From Chitinophagaceae bacterium (GTDB lineage Bacteria; Bacteroidota; Bacteroidia; Chitinophagales; Chitinophagaceae): a stretch of 64,000 nt of DNA. The notes beneath the pieces were generated by a model, which did not search any database, was not told the DNA's origin, and saw only the letters and a program-made list of their open reading frames with translations. Each line of letters starts with the position of its first letter. Positions within the stretch are counted from its first letter, which is position 1. Of this stretch, positions 19,789 to 29,230 are shown in pieces. Position numbers and translations under genes: made by a program. Location: contig JANWIJ010000037.1 in assembly GCA_025449935.1 (NCBI GenBank), forward strand, positions 2,055 through 66,054. Reading direction: 5' to 3'.

Positions 19789-22187
19789 TTGCACTCCTGC
19801 CGGAGGGCTTTCAGGGACTCCGGATACGCATACTTTTTACTGTATTTTTCCAGGCGGCGCAATAGTTCATGGATACCCTGTAGCGTAACACAGTCAATTA
19901 TCTTCTTCTTCAGAAGGTCCCGTATCATCCCGACCCCTTTCTCTTCATCCGTTCCTGAAATCAACAAATACATGCCTTCGTAATAATCAAGATCATACAA
20001 ATCTGGTTTGGTTAAAACCAGGCTATAGCGTGTCCTGATAAAATCAATATACTCATCCAGGGAGCCGCCTGCATCTACCAGTTTCAGGTTGGTTAACCGG
20101 CTCTTAATATACCCCAGCCTGAATTTTATATGTTCCTTCTCGGGTAATTCTTGCGTAACTTCTACGGCATATCCAAAATCATTAACTCCGCTTCCTGTGT
20201 TGTAATTATCTTTAAACAGGCCCATGGTGTACCTGAACAATCCCTGTGACAATCCACTGTCGTCCGGGGCTAACAATTTTTTTATTTCCTCCAGTCTTCT
20301 CTCTACATGTCCCTTACTCCATAATTTATTTTCAATAACTAGTTCCAGCGTTTCAAGTTTTTCCACGGCCGTTGAATCGAATCCCTCCATTTGGTTCAGC
20401 CAGAAATACACCTGTTTTTTTTCGCCCACGTCAATATAAGTTTCTATAAGCCCATAAATGCATCGTACATTATCCGGGTCAAGCGAAAGTGCCTTTTTAT
20501 AAATAATTTCGGCTTCCTTAAACCTTTCCGTCTCATTATATAAATCTCCCAACTCCTGGAAAAAACATACAGCGCATTCAAACGTTTGAAAGGCAGTATC
20601 CATTCTCAGTATTTGTTCGTACCAGTAAATGGCCGAATCTTTTTGACCAAGCGTTTGATAGACATGTCCTGACAATAATTTAGGAATAAGCCAGGTGGGG
20701 CTATAAGTGATTGCTTTATTAAAATAATAAAGCGCTGAATCCTCCTGGTTCTTTTCCGCATAGAAAAATAAAATTCCTTTTGCATTCAGCAGGTAAGAAG
20801 CGGTGGGCTCCCTGGCAATTGCTTCCTCCAGCAGGCTTGTAAGCTGATACTCTTTTGCGTAATTCCTTCTTTGGTCAGGATAAAACTGGGACAATTTATT
20901 GATCAGAAGATAACTCTTCAGATTACTGAGATGATCCGCGTATATTAATGCGGATTGCTTGTTGACATCCTGGATCCATTCTATTTTGCCCAGGGCGATA
21001 TCCAATTCATTAGCATCAACCAGACGCTGCCCCAATAAAGTTTGATTGACTGTTTGTTGCACATCATTCATCAGTGCAGCACTGAGCAGGTAGCGGGACT
21101 TACTCTTGTCACGTCCATCCGGGCATAACCTGACCGAATCATAAATTTGTTTGATTATCGTCCACCCGCCGGAGTCAATCAACTCCTTATCAAGGAGGCG
21201 TATAAGCTGATCATAAAAGCGACAATTGGTGGAAGAATCCCCTTCCATCCTGCCTTTGGTGGCTGGTTCATTTTTCTTATTGATGACAAGCACACTTACT
21301 TCCGAACCTGTTTTCCATTGACTGTAGCGGGCCATCCCGGATGTATCGGTCCGTGCAACCTGGCTGGAAAATTTGTTGGGACCTTCAAAAACCGGTTGTT
21401 GTTTGAATTTTGTTTCTTCGGCTACCTGTAAGCCCACGTACTGCTCCAGTTCAGCAAGTGTAATGGTTGAGTCTTTGTTGACATCAGCATATCCGTTCAG
21501 GCCTTTTAGAAGGAAAAAGGAAAATACACCCCTTCCGTCACCCCATTGTTTGCCTTCATAAGAAAGCTCATCCGGTTGGGCCGAAAGCACCTTGGTCTCA
21601 TTCCTCCACTGCGTGCTAAAAGCCTTTGCAGTTTGTTCAATCCCTTGTGCACCCCCCGCCAGGTGACCTGACCGGCAGGCATCCGTAACCAGGAATAATT
21701 TTACTCCCTTACCGATCAATAAATTAAAAGCTGATTGAAGAACAGTGATGCTGATGGCCCCCGTAGCATAATTGTTTCTCGGTGAATCATAAGCCAACAA
21801 AAATCCTTTACTGCTGTCTGCAATGGTTTCCACATCTCCATGACCTGAAAAATAAAAGACGACCTTATCACCCATCCTGGATGAATCAGTGAGCCATGAT
21901 AAAGCTGAAAGAATATCACCCGTCCTTGCATGCTGATTGGTCAGGAGTAAAATATTTTCCTTTGGAATGCTCCATGCATTGCCAGAAAGAAATGATGCAA
22001 ATTCTTCTGCATCCCTGTCAGCAAACTGAAGTGAATCGATCTGTTGGTATTTTGATATCCCTATGACAACGGCGCGGCTTTTACCGGGTGGTGAACTCGT
22101 TGTGCTGTTGACGATCAGTCCTTTTGGTGTTTGAGCGTAATTCGGGAGATAAACCAGGGAAAACAATATGAGTAAAAGAAGTTTCAC
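19782..22187 (-). CDS. Caspase-family (peptidase C14) protein with signal peptide and TPR repeats
   Basis: AVVIGISKY, YFSGHGD (catalytic His), TDACRSG (catalytic Cys), GVFSFFLLKGL.G.AD, then TPR-like helices (YFNKAITYSP, YKKALSLDP). GTG start. Confidence 0.88.
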   Translation of the reverse strand: MKLLLLILFSLVYLPNYAQTPKGLIVNSTTSSPPGKSRAVVIGISKYQQIDSLQFADRDAEEFASFLSGNAWSIPKENILLLTNQHARTGDILSALSWLTDSSRMGDKVVFYFSGHGDVETIADSSKGFLLAYDSPRNNYATGAISITVLQSAFNLLIGKGVKLFLVTDACRSGHLAGGAQGIEQTAKAFSTQWRNETKVLSAQPDELSYEGKQWGDGRGVFSFFLLKGLNGYADVNKDSTITLAELEQYVGLQVAEETKFKQQPVFEGPNKFSSQVARTDTSGMARYSQWKTGSEVSVLVINKKNEPATKGRMEGDSSTNCRFYDQLIRLLDKELIDSGGWTIIKQIYDSVRLCPDGRDKSKSRYLLSAALMNDVQQTVNQTLLGQRLVDANELDIALGKIEWIQDVNKQSALIYADHLSNLKSYLLINKLSQFYPDQRRNYAKEYQLTSLLEEAIAREPTASYLLNAKGILFFYAEKNQEDSALYYFNKAITYSPTWLIPKLLSGHVYQTLGQKDSAIYWYEQILRMDTAFQTFECAVCFFQELGDLYNETERFKEAEIIYKKALSLDPDNVRCIYGLIETYIDVGEKKQVYFWLNQMEGFDSTAVEKLETLELVIENKLWSKGHVERRLEEIKKLLAPDDSGLSQGLFRYTMGLFKDNYNTGSGVNDFGYAVEVTQELPEKEHIKFRLGYIKSRLTNLKLVDAGGSLDEYIDFIRTRYSLVLTKPDLYDLDYYEGMYLLISGTDEEKGVGMIRDLLKKKIIDCVTLQGIHELLRRLEKYSKKYAYPESLKALRQECNQ

Positions 22188-22192
22188 ACTAA

Positions 22193-22828
22193 TTAGAACA
22201 ACCCGTAAAGTTGCGCATCCACTTTACGAATGATTTCACCCAGGTCTTCATCTTTCTCGCCAAATTTGTTTTTATCGACATCTATGACAAGCAAGGGGCC
22301 TTCTTTATATTCGGCGATCCATTTATTATAGTACTCGTTCAGCTTTTTCAAATAATCCAGCCGGATATTTTCTTCATACTCCCGGCCTCTTTTTTGTATT
22401 TGTCCAACAAGGGTTGGTACAGAAGCGTTCAGGTATATCAGCAGGTCAGGTGGCTGCACCAGTGTTTTTAACGTCTGGAAAAAATGGAAGTAGTTATCAA
22501 AGTCTCTTTTGCTCATTAACCCCATCTCGTGCAGGTTGGGTGCAAAGATGTTCGCATCCTCGTAAATGGTCCTGTCCTGGATTACGGTTTCGGTGCCTTT
22601 CTGAATTTCTACTAATTGGCGCAGCCGGCTGTTCAGGAAGAAAATCTGGAGGTTGAAACTCCAGCGCGGCATATCCTCATAAAAATCCATGAGGTAAGGA
22701 TTGTGATCCACGTCTTCAAAATTGGGGATCCATTTATAATGTTTGCTCAGCAGCTCGGTCAGCGTCGTCTTTCCGGCACCGATGTTACCGGCCACCGCGA
22801 TATGTTTTGGTTTCTTTGCTTTTGCCAT
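22193..22828 (-). CDS. Deoxynucleoside kinase
   Basis: P-loop AGNIGAGKTT, QDRTIYED, PDLLIYL and RGREYE motifs. Confidence 0.93.
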   Translation of the reverse strand: MAKAKKPKHIAVAGNIGAGKTTLTELLSKHYKWIPNFEDVDHNPYLMDFYEDMPRWSFNLQIFFLNSRLRQLVEIQKGTETVIQDRTIYEDANIFAPNLHEMGLMSKRDFDNYFHFFQTLKTLVQPPDLLIYLNASVPTLVGQIQKRGREYEENIRLDYLKKLNEYYNKWIAEYKEGPLLVIDVDKNKFGEKDEDLGEIIRKVDAQLYGLF

Positions 22829-22917
22829 AATGATCCAGGTCAGGGGTCTGGTATATGAGGCCGGAAAGATAAATATAAAACTATCCTCATAATCCCCCCA
22901 AACCGATTTAATCGTTT

Positions 22918-23943
22918 CTAATAATAATTGAGTCCTATAGCCTGTCTTACCAGTTCCATGGTAGTTTTGGCGCTCTTACGGGCCTTTTCCGCTCCTTTTT
23001 CCATCACCTCCCGCAGGTATTTGTGATCATGCCGGATAGCGATTGCTTTCTCCCGGATAGGTGTGATGAATTTAACCATATCTTCTCCCAACTGCTTTTT
23101 CATATCGCCATACCGGATATTACATTTATTATAATCTGCTTCAAACTGGTTCACGGTTTCCGGGGTGCTTACCAGTTTCATCAGGAGGAATATGTTTTCA
23201 ATATAATCCGGTTTTACAGCATCCGCCGATGCGGGACCGGCGTCCGTTTTAGCTTTCATGACCTTTTTTCGAATGAGTTCATCATCATCCGAAAGATATA
23301 AAGTGGCAAACTGGTTTTCGCTTTTACTCATTTTTCCTGCTCCATCCAGGCTGGGAACCTTAACCAGCTCATTGCCGTAATTAAAAGCCTGCGGCTCCGG
23401 GAAAACTTCGCCATAACGATGATTAAACCGGTTGGCAAAATTGCGGGCCATCTCCAGGTGTTGTTCCTGGTCTTTTCCCACCGGCACATAGAAGGCGCGG
23501 TGTAAAATAATATCGGCTGTTTGTAAAACCGGGTAAGTTAGCAACCCGGCATTTACATTATCGGGATGCAGGCGGGCCTTCTCTTTGAATGTGACCGTTT
23601 TTTCCAATTCTCCCTTATAGGCCATCATATTAAGATAAAGGTATAACTCAGCAGTTTCGTGCACATGACTCTGGCAATACAAAGCTGCTTTATCAGGATC
23701 CAACCCGCAAGCAATATTTTCTGATAATACCCGGTGAACGTTTTCTTTGAGTTCTTTAGTATCCGGGTGTGTAGTGAGGGAATGCAAATCAGCCACCATG
23801 AAAAAACACTCAAACTCCTCCTGCATCCGTACATAATTTTTTACAGCACCAAAATAATTTCCCAGGTGCAGAAAACCGGTCGGCCTGATACCACTCATTA
23901 CTACCTGCCTGCCTGCAGGCAGGGTTTCCTTCGGTTTATCCAT
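22918..23943 (-). CDS. trpS: Tryptophan--tRNA ligase
   Basis: SGIRPTGFLHLGNY (HIGH-like), VPVGKDQEQH and KMSKS. Start set at MDKPKE (23943), 7 nt after TATCTTCG (23951-23958); this avoids overlap with gatC. Confidence 0.95.
   Translation of the reverse strand: MDKPKETLPAGRQVVMSGIRPTGFLHLGNYFGAVKNYVRMQEEFECFFMVADLHSLTTHPDTKELKENVHRVLSENIACGLDPDKAALYCQSHVHETAELYLYLNMMAYKGELEKTVTFKEKARLHPDNVNAGLLTYPVLQTADIILHRAFYVPVGKDQEQHLEMARNFANRFNHRYGEVFPEPQAFNYGNELVKVPSLDGAGKMSKSENQFATLYLSDDDELIRKKVMKAKTDAGPASADAVKPDYIENIFLLMKLVSTPETVNQFEADYNKCNIRYGDMKKQLGEDMVKFITPIREKAIAIRHDHKYLREVMEKGAEKARKSAKTTMELVRQAIGLNYY
23904..23923. repeat. Palindromic mini-repeat CCTGCCTGCAGGCAGG(CAGG) inside the trpS coding sequence
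   Basis: Perfect 16-bp palindrome at 23908-23923 plus an extra CCTG. Reads LPAGRQ in the trpS frame. Confidence 0.8.
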
Positions 23944-24054
23944 GAGGCGGCGAAGATAATAAAATAGTAATGAGTCATGAACAGGGTGCTTGTGCAGGTA
24001 CGGGGAAGACAGAAACTCCTGTATCCTGACTGATGACATCACTATATTTGCCTT

Positions 24055-24345
24055 ATGAAAGTGAATGATGCCCTGATAGAGAAACTGGCACACCTGTCGA
24101 GGCTGGAGTTTGATGAATCCGAAAAAGCCGGGATCAAAAATGATTTGCAACAGATGATTTCGTTCGTGGAAAAACTCGATGAATTAGACCTTGAGGGAGT
24201 GGAACCCCTGCTGCACATGAGTGAAGAGATCAATGTCCTTAGAAAAGATGAAGTAAAGGGTTCGATCAGCCGGGAGGAAGCATTAAAAAACGCACCCTTG
24301 CATGATGAACAATTTTTTAAAGTTCCCAAAGTGATAAAAAAATAA
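24055..24345 (+). CDS. gatC: Asp/Glu-tRNA amidotransferase subunit C
   Basis: [19 protein letters not shown] and [13 protein letters not shown] motifs. Confidence 0.95.
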   Translation: MKVNDALIEKLAHLSRLEFDESEKAGIKNDLQQMISFVEKLDELDLEGVEPLLHMSEEINVLRKDEVKGSISREEALKNAPLHDEQFFKVPKVIKK

Positions 24346-24346
24346 T

Positions 24347-25060
24347 ATGGCCGGCGCAATTATTCACCTGGAAGAGATCAGGAAAAGTTATTTCATGGGC
24401 AAAAATGAACTGGAAGTGCTGAAAGGTATATCCCTGGATATCTTTAAAAATGAATATGTGGCCTTAATGGGGCCTTCGGGCTCGGGCAAAAGCACTTTGA
24501 TGAATATAATCGGTTGCCTGGATACCCCTTCTGCCGGGAAATATGTGCTGAACGACCATGATGTAAGTAAAATGGAAGACAATGACCTGGCGGAAATCAG
24601 GAATAAAGAGATTGGTTTTGTGTTTCAGCAATTTAATTTATTGCCTCGCCTTACTGCGGCAGAAAATGTGGCATTGCCACTTGTCTATGCAGGGATGGGA
24701 CGGAAACTACGTACCGAAAAAGCGATGCATGTACTGGAAATGGTAAGTCTTACCGACCGGAGCCACCATAAACCCAATGAACTATCGGGGGGACAGTGCC
24801 AGCGGGTAGCCATTGCAAGAGCCCTGGTTAATGACCCTTCAATAATACTGGCTGATGAGCCCACCGGGAACCTCGATTCAAGAACATCTTCTGAAATAAT
24901 GGATATTTTTGATGAAATCTATAAAAACGGCAATACGATTGTAGTAGTTACCCATGAAGAAGATATTGCGAATCATGCCAGGAGAGTGGTACGGTTAAGA
25001 GATGGTATCATCGAAAGCGACAGGAAAAATGCAGGCCTGGTCCATAGTCCATCTTTATAA
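24347..25060 (+). CDS. ABC transporter ATP-binding protein (MacB/LolD family)
   Basis: [34 protein letters not shown] and VVVTHE motifs. Confidence 0.93.
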   Translation: MAGAIIHLEEIRKSYFMGKNELEVLKGISLDIFKNEYVALMGPSGSGKSTLMNIIGCLDTPSAGKYVLNDHDVSKMEDNDLAEIRNKEIGFVFQQFNLLPRLTAAENVALPLVYAGMGRKLRTEKAMHVLEMVSLTDRSHHKPNELSGGQCQRVAIARALVNDPSIILADEPTGNLDSRTSSEIMDIFDEIYKNGNTIVVVTHEEDIANHARRVVRLRDGIIESDRKNAGLVHSPSL

Positions 25061-25102
25061 GCTGACAGGTATCCATTGCCATTAACTCTGAATTTTATTA
25101 TT

Positions 25103-25663
25103 ATGGCTTTGAAAATTTATACAAAAACAGGTGATAAAGGGACTACCTTCCTGATCGGGGGAACCAAAGTTCCCAAATCCCATATACGTATTGAAGCGTA
25201 TGGAACAGTAGATGAGCTGAATTCCTGGATCGGCCTGTTGAATGACCAGCTCAGCACCAAACACGAAAATAAAACCCTGAAAGAAATACAGGACCGGTTA
25301 TTTACCATTGGCTCGTTGCTGGCCTCCGACGCCCAAAAAGAACCAAAATTCAAAATTCCGGATCTTGCTGAACTGGATATTATTCTCCTGGAAAAAGAAA
25401 TTGATAAAATGAACGGGAAACTGCCCGTCATGAAGTCTTTTATACTGCCCGGGGGTCACCCGGCTGTTTCGGCAGCCCATGTGGCCCGTTGTGTTTGCCG
25501 TCGTGCCGAACGACTTACCGTGGCCTTACAGCAAAGTAAAATGTTTGTTGACCCGCTGGTGATAAAATACCTTAACCGCCTCAGCGATTATTTATTTATG
25601 CTGGCCCGGTATATAGGAAAGCAAGTGAAGGCAAAAGAAATTCCCTGGAAACCGAGACTTTAA
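25103..25663 (+). CDS. PduO-type ATP:cob(I)alamin adenosyltransferase
   Basis: KIYTKTGDKG, EAYGTVDELNS, RCVCRRAER and LNRLSDYLF motifs. Start moved to MALKIY. Confidence 0.93.
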   Translation: MALKIYTKTGDKGTTFLIGGTKVPKSHIRIEAYGTVDELNSWIGLLNDQLSTKHENKTLKEIQDRLFTIGSLLASDAQKEPKFKIPDLAELDIILLEKEIDKMNGKLPVMKSFILPGGHPAVSAAHVARCVCRRAERLTVALQQSKMFVDPLVIKYLNRLSDYLFMLARYIGKQVKAKEIPWKPRL

Positions 25664-25746
25664 GGTGGAAAGAGGAGAATTTGAAAAGGTGAGCATAAAG
25701 CTGCCACCAAATAAGGGGATTTCACTTCCACACGCCGGATTTACCT

Positions 25747-26409
25747 TCAAACAATTTTCCCATCTTTCATATGAAGCACCCGGTCGCTGAGGTCTGCCAG
25801 TTCTTCATTGTGCGTTACCACCAGGAAAGTTTGATTAAACTGCCTCCGGAGATCAAAGAACAACTGGTGTAATTCTTTGGCATTGGCCGAATCCAGGTTG
25901 CCCGTTGGTTCATCTGCATAAATAATATCGGGCTGATTGATCAGGGCCCGGGCCACCGCCACTCTTTGCTGTTCTCCGCCGCTCATTTCATTGGGCTTAT
26001 TTTCCCGCCGGTGAGCAAGACCCAGCATTTTCAGTAACTCTTCCGCTCTTGTCTTCACCTCTGCTTTTTTTCTCCCCGCCAGCCAGCCGGGGATACAAAC
26101 ATTTTCCCAGGCGGTAAACTCGGGCAACAGGTGATGAAACTGGAAAACAAAACCCACATGCTTATTCCGGAAAGCAGCAACCTGCTTCCCGTTTAATAAA
26201 TTGACTTCTGTTTGATTCATAATAACTGTACCGGTATCCGCCTTGTCCAATGTTCCGAGGATATGCAACAGGGTGCTTTTCCCGGAACCGGAAGGGCCGA
26301 TTATGGAAACAATCTCTCCTTGCTGAATTTCCAGGTTAACACCCTTAAGAACTTCCACTGTCCCATACCGTTTATAAAGATCAATCCCCTTTATCATAGC
26401 GCCATTCAT
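25747..26409 (-). CDS. lolD: ABC transporter ATP-binding protein, LolD-like
   Basis: [31 protein letters not shown] and [14 protein letters not shown] motifs. Start at 26409 or 26397. Confidence 0.8.
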   Translation of the reverse strand: MNGAMIKGIDLYKRYGTVEVLKGVNLEIQQGEIVSIIGPSGSGKSTLLHILGTLDKADTGTVIMNQTEVNLLNGKQVAAFRNKHVGFVFQFHHLLPEFTAWENVCIPGWLAGRKKAEVKTRAEELLKMLGLAHRRENKPNEMSGGEQQRVAVARALINQPDIIYADEPTGNLDSANAKELHQLFFDLRRQFNQTFLVVTHNEELADLSDRVLHMKDGKIV

Positions 26410-26626
26410 GCGTTTAATTATCCAAATATCCTTAAATAGAAGCCACCCGCAAAACCATGGATGCAGGTTCTTTCTCTTTTTTAAGAAAACCTTCAAAACC
26501 GGGTGTACAATTAAGGATTTGGAAAATTGGTTAATACAGCTACATTTGCGGAAAATTTGGGGGTCACATTTGCCGTATAAGGCCTGTAACCCATAAGACC
26601 TTATTCAAAAATTAAACCCTGAGAAG

Positions 26627-26848
26627 ATGTTTTGGACTTTAGAATTAGCTTCCTATCTCGAAGATGCCCCCTGGCCGGCGACCAAAGATGAACTGATAGA
26701 TTATTCGATCCGCAGCGGCGCACCCATCGAAGTGGTAGAGAACCTGCAGGAACTCGAAGATGAAGGCGATGTTTACGAAACGATTGAAGATATATGGCCC
26801 GACTATCCTACCCAGGACGATTTCCTGTTTAATGAGGACGAATATTAG
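26627..26848 (+). CDS. DUF2795-like small acidic protein
   Basis: MFWTLELASYLEDAPWPATKDELIDY matches the conserved Bacteroidota small protein as recalled. TACATTTG at 26541-26548 upstream. Confidence 0.85.
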   Translation: MFWTLELASYLEDAPWPATKDELIDYSIRSGAPIEVVENLQELEDEGDVYETIEDIWPDYPTQDDFLFNEDEY

Positions 26849-26872
26849 CTTTACATTGCAAGACCTATAAAT

Positions 26873-26900
26873 AAAAAGCCTCCGCTACGGGAGGCTTTTT
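26873..26900. terminator. Bidirectional intrinsic terminator
   Basis: AAAAAGCCTCC-GCTACG-GGAGGCTTTTT between convergent genes. Confidence 0.9.
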
Positions 26901-26928
26901 ATTTATTTAGCGGGCAAGGATCCAATGA

Positions 26929-27753
26929 CTATTCCGTAACGCCCAGTTTTTGCATGACTTCGTTACTTACACCCGTAGTGGAATATCCGCCATCATGAAA
27001 TAAATTCTGCATGGTCACCATCCTGGTAAGATCGGAGAATAAGGTAATGCAATAATTGGCACAATCTTCCGCAGTGGCATTTCCCAGGGGTGCAATCGAA
27101 TTGGCAAAATCGAAAAAATCACCAAATCCTTTGATACCTGTACCCGCCGTGGTTTTAGTAGGCGATTGTGAAACAGTGTTGATGCGGACTTTCTTCTCCA
27201 CACCATAATGATACCCAAAGCTCCGCGCAATGGACTCCAGCATAGCTTTAATATCAGCCATGTCTGTATAAAAAGGGTAAGTGCGCTGGGCGGCCATATA
27301 GGTCAGCGCTACTACGCTTCCCCATTCATTGATCGCATCCAGCTTCCTGGCAACGCTCAGCATTTTATGAAAAGACATGGCAGAAACATCAATGCCTTTC
27401 ATAAAATAATCATAGTTGGATTCGGTATAAGGAATTTTTTTCCTGATATTAACACTCATGCCAATGGAATGAAGCACGAAGTCTATTTTACCGCCCAGTA
27501 TTTCCTGCGATTTTGTAAAAAGGGTGGTCAGTTCCTCCACATTGGTGGCATCTGCGGGAATAATTTCTGCTTTGGTTTTTTCAGCTAATTTATTGATCTC
27601 CCCCATCCGCATGGCGATTGGGGCATTCGTCAGCACAATAGAAGCGCCCTCTTCGTAGGCTTTTTCCGCTACTTTCCATGCAATCGAATTTGCATCGAGT
27701 GCACCGGTAATGATGCCTCTTTTTCCTTTTAAGAGATTATAAGCCATAGCCAT
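26929..27753 (-). CDS. fabI: Enoyl-ACP reductase
   Basis: GALDANSIAW, VLHSIGMS, Y..M..IKA and NLFHDGGYS motifs. The start may be 27747. Confidence 0.93.
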   Translation of the reverse strand: MAMAYNLLKGKRGIITGALDANSIAWKVAEKAYEEGASIVLTNAPIAMRMGEINKLAEKTKAEIIPADATNVEELTTLFTKSQEILGGKIDFVLHSIGMSVNIRKKIPYTESNYDYFMKGIDVSAMSFHKMLSVARKLDAINEWGSVVALTYMAAQRTYPFYTDMADIKAMLESIARSFGYHYGVEKKVRINTVSQSPTKTTAGTGIKGFGDFFDFANSIAPLGNATAEDCANYCITLFSDLTRMVTMQNLFHDGGYSTTGVSNEVMQKLGVTE

Positions 27754-28082
27754 TGATTTTATGGCGGTAAAAATAGGAACTTATTCTAAGCTTCCGGAAA
27801 CAGCATTTTGATGATCCACACAATCAAAATAACCTATGCAGAAATGAAGGCAGGCAGCCATCCGGAAAAAACAAATCTTTATGGGGATGCCGGCAAAAAG
27901 AAACAAACGATCATAAATCATATTACTAAAAGAGCTTTCTCTTTTACCGGCAGCAATACGATTCTGCCTCTTTTAGATTCCCGTCCCCAGCGCTTTTAAA
28001 TTTAATCAGTTTCAAACAGCTGTTAGTGGTTTTCTAATTTACCTTTACAGGGGCCTGCCTTATTTATTAAAAACTGACAAGT

Positions 28083-29159
28083 ATGAGTGTAAAGACCGTG
28101 ATAACCGGGACCGGCTGTTATATCCCGGAAGTAATAAAAACAAACCGTGACTTTACCAGGCAGGATTTTTACGGGGAAGATAACCGGCTTATTGATACAG
28201 GGTCCCGGGAAATCATTGATAAATTCCAGGACATTACCGGGATTGAAGAACGCCGCTATGCCCGGGATGATATGAACTCGTCGGACATGGCCACCATCGC
28301 TGCCCGCCGGGCAATCGATGAAAGCGGTATTAACCGGGAGGAACTTGACCAGGTCATACTGGCGCAAAATTTTGGGAACGTAATAAAAAACACCATCCAG
28401 ACAGATGTGCTTCCTGCCCTGGCTTCAAGGGTTAAGCACGACCTCGGCATAAAAAATCCTAACTGTGTGGCGTATGATATTGTGTTTGGCTGCCCGGGTT
28501 GGCTGCAGGGTGTTATCCAGGCGGATACTTTTTTCAAAGCCGGCGTGGCGAAAAAAGCATTGGTAATTGGAACAGAAACGCTCAGCCGGGTACTGGATCC
28601 GTACGACCGGGACAGCATGATATTTTCTGATGGCGCCGGGGCCGCCGTGCTGGAAACCCGTTTACCGGGTGAAACAAGCAGTGGTATACTCTCCTGGAGT
28701 GTGCAAAGCCATTGTACTGAAGAAGCCTACTACCTGTATTTGGGTAAAAGTAATTTCCCCGATGCCGATTCCCGTATCCGCTATATTAAAATGAAAGGAA
28801 GAAAGGTTTATGAATATGCGATGGAGTATGTACCTGCCGCGATGAAAGATTGCCTCGACAAAGCCGCAATACCGATACAGGATGTAAAAAAAATTTTTAT
28901 TCACCAGGCAAATGAAAAAATGGATGAGGGGATTGTCCGCCGGTTATTTAAACTCTACGGTATAAAAGCAATACCGGAACATATCATGCCGATGAGCATT
29001 CATAAACTGGGGAATAGTTCCGTGGCTACCATACCCACCCTGTTTGATATGGTGAAAAAAGGACTGTGGGATAATCATGACCTTCAACCCGGCGACGTGA
29101 TCATGTTCGCTTCTGTTGGCGCAGGCATGAATATTAATGCCGTTGCGTACCGGATGTAA
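28083..29159 (+). CDS. fabH: 3-oxoacyl-ACP synthase III family protein
   Basis: Catalytic Cys (FGCPGW), His (HQAN) and Asn (GNSS); also FSDGAGA and SVGAGM. Confidence 0.85.
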   Translation: MSVKTVITGTGCYIPEVIKTNRDFTRQDFYGEDNRLIDTGSREIIDKFQDITGIEERRYARDDMNSSDMATIAARRAIDESGINREELDQVILAQNFGNVIKNTIQTDVLPALASRVKHDLGIKNPNCVAYDIVFGCPGWLQGVIQADTFFKAGVAKKALVIGTETLSRVLDPYDRDSMIFSDGAGAAVLETRLPGETSSGILSWSVQSHCTEEAYYLYLGKSNFPDADSRIRYIKMKGRKVYEYAMEYVPAAMKDCLDKAAIPIQDVKKIFIHQANEKMDEGIVRRLFKLYGIKAIPEHIMPMSIHKLGNSSVATIPTLFDMVKKGLWDNHDLQPGDVIMFASVGAGMNINAVAYRM

Positions 29160-29230
29160 CCCGGCGCAACCAGCCAGTCACTTCCCCCCTTTCCTTTATC
29201 TTCGCAGCTATTTAAAAGACGATACCGGAC

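Noticed and set aside
23944-24150. 69-aa N-terminal extension of TrpS in the ORF track
   Set aside because: It overlaps gatC on the opposite strand, and a promoter element sits just upstream of the ATG at 23943.
24347-26409. Two ABC ATPases without permeases as a novel transporter
   Set aside because: Stand-alone LolD/MacB-type ATPase genes are ordinary in Bacteroidota, and these two are convergent, not co-transcribed.
27808-27999. 63-aa ORF between fabI and fabH
   Set aside because: TTG start, no motif, and it lies in a divergent promoter region; no support for coding.
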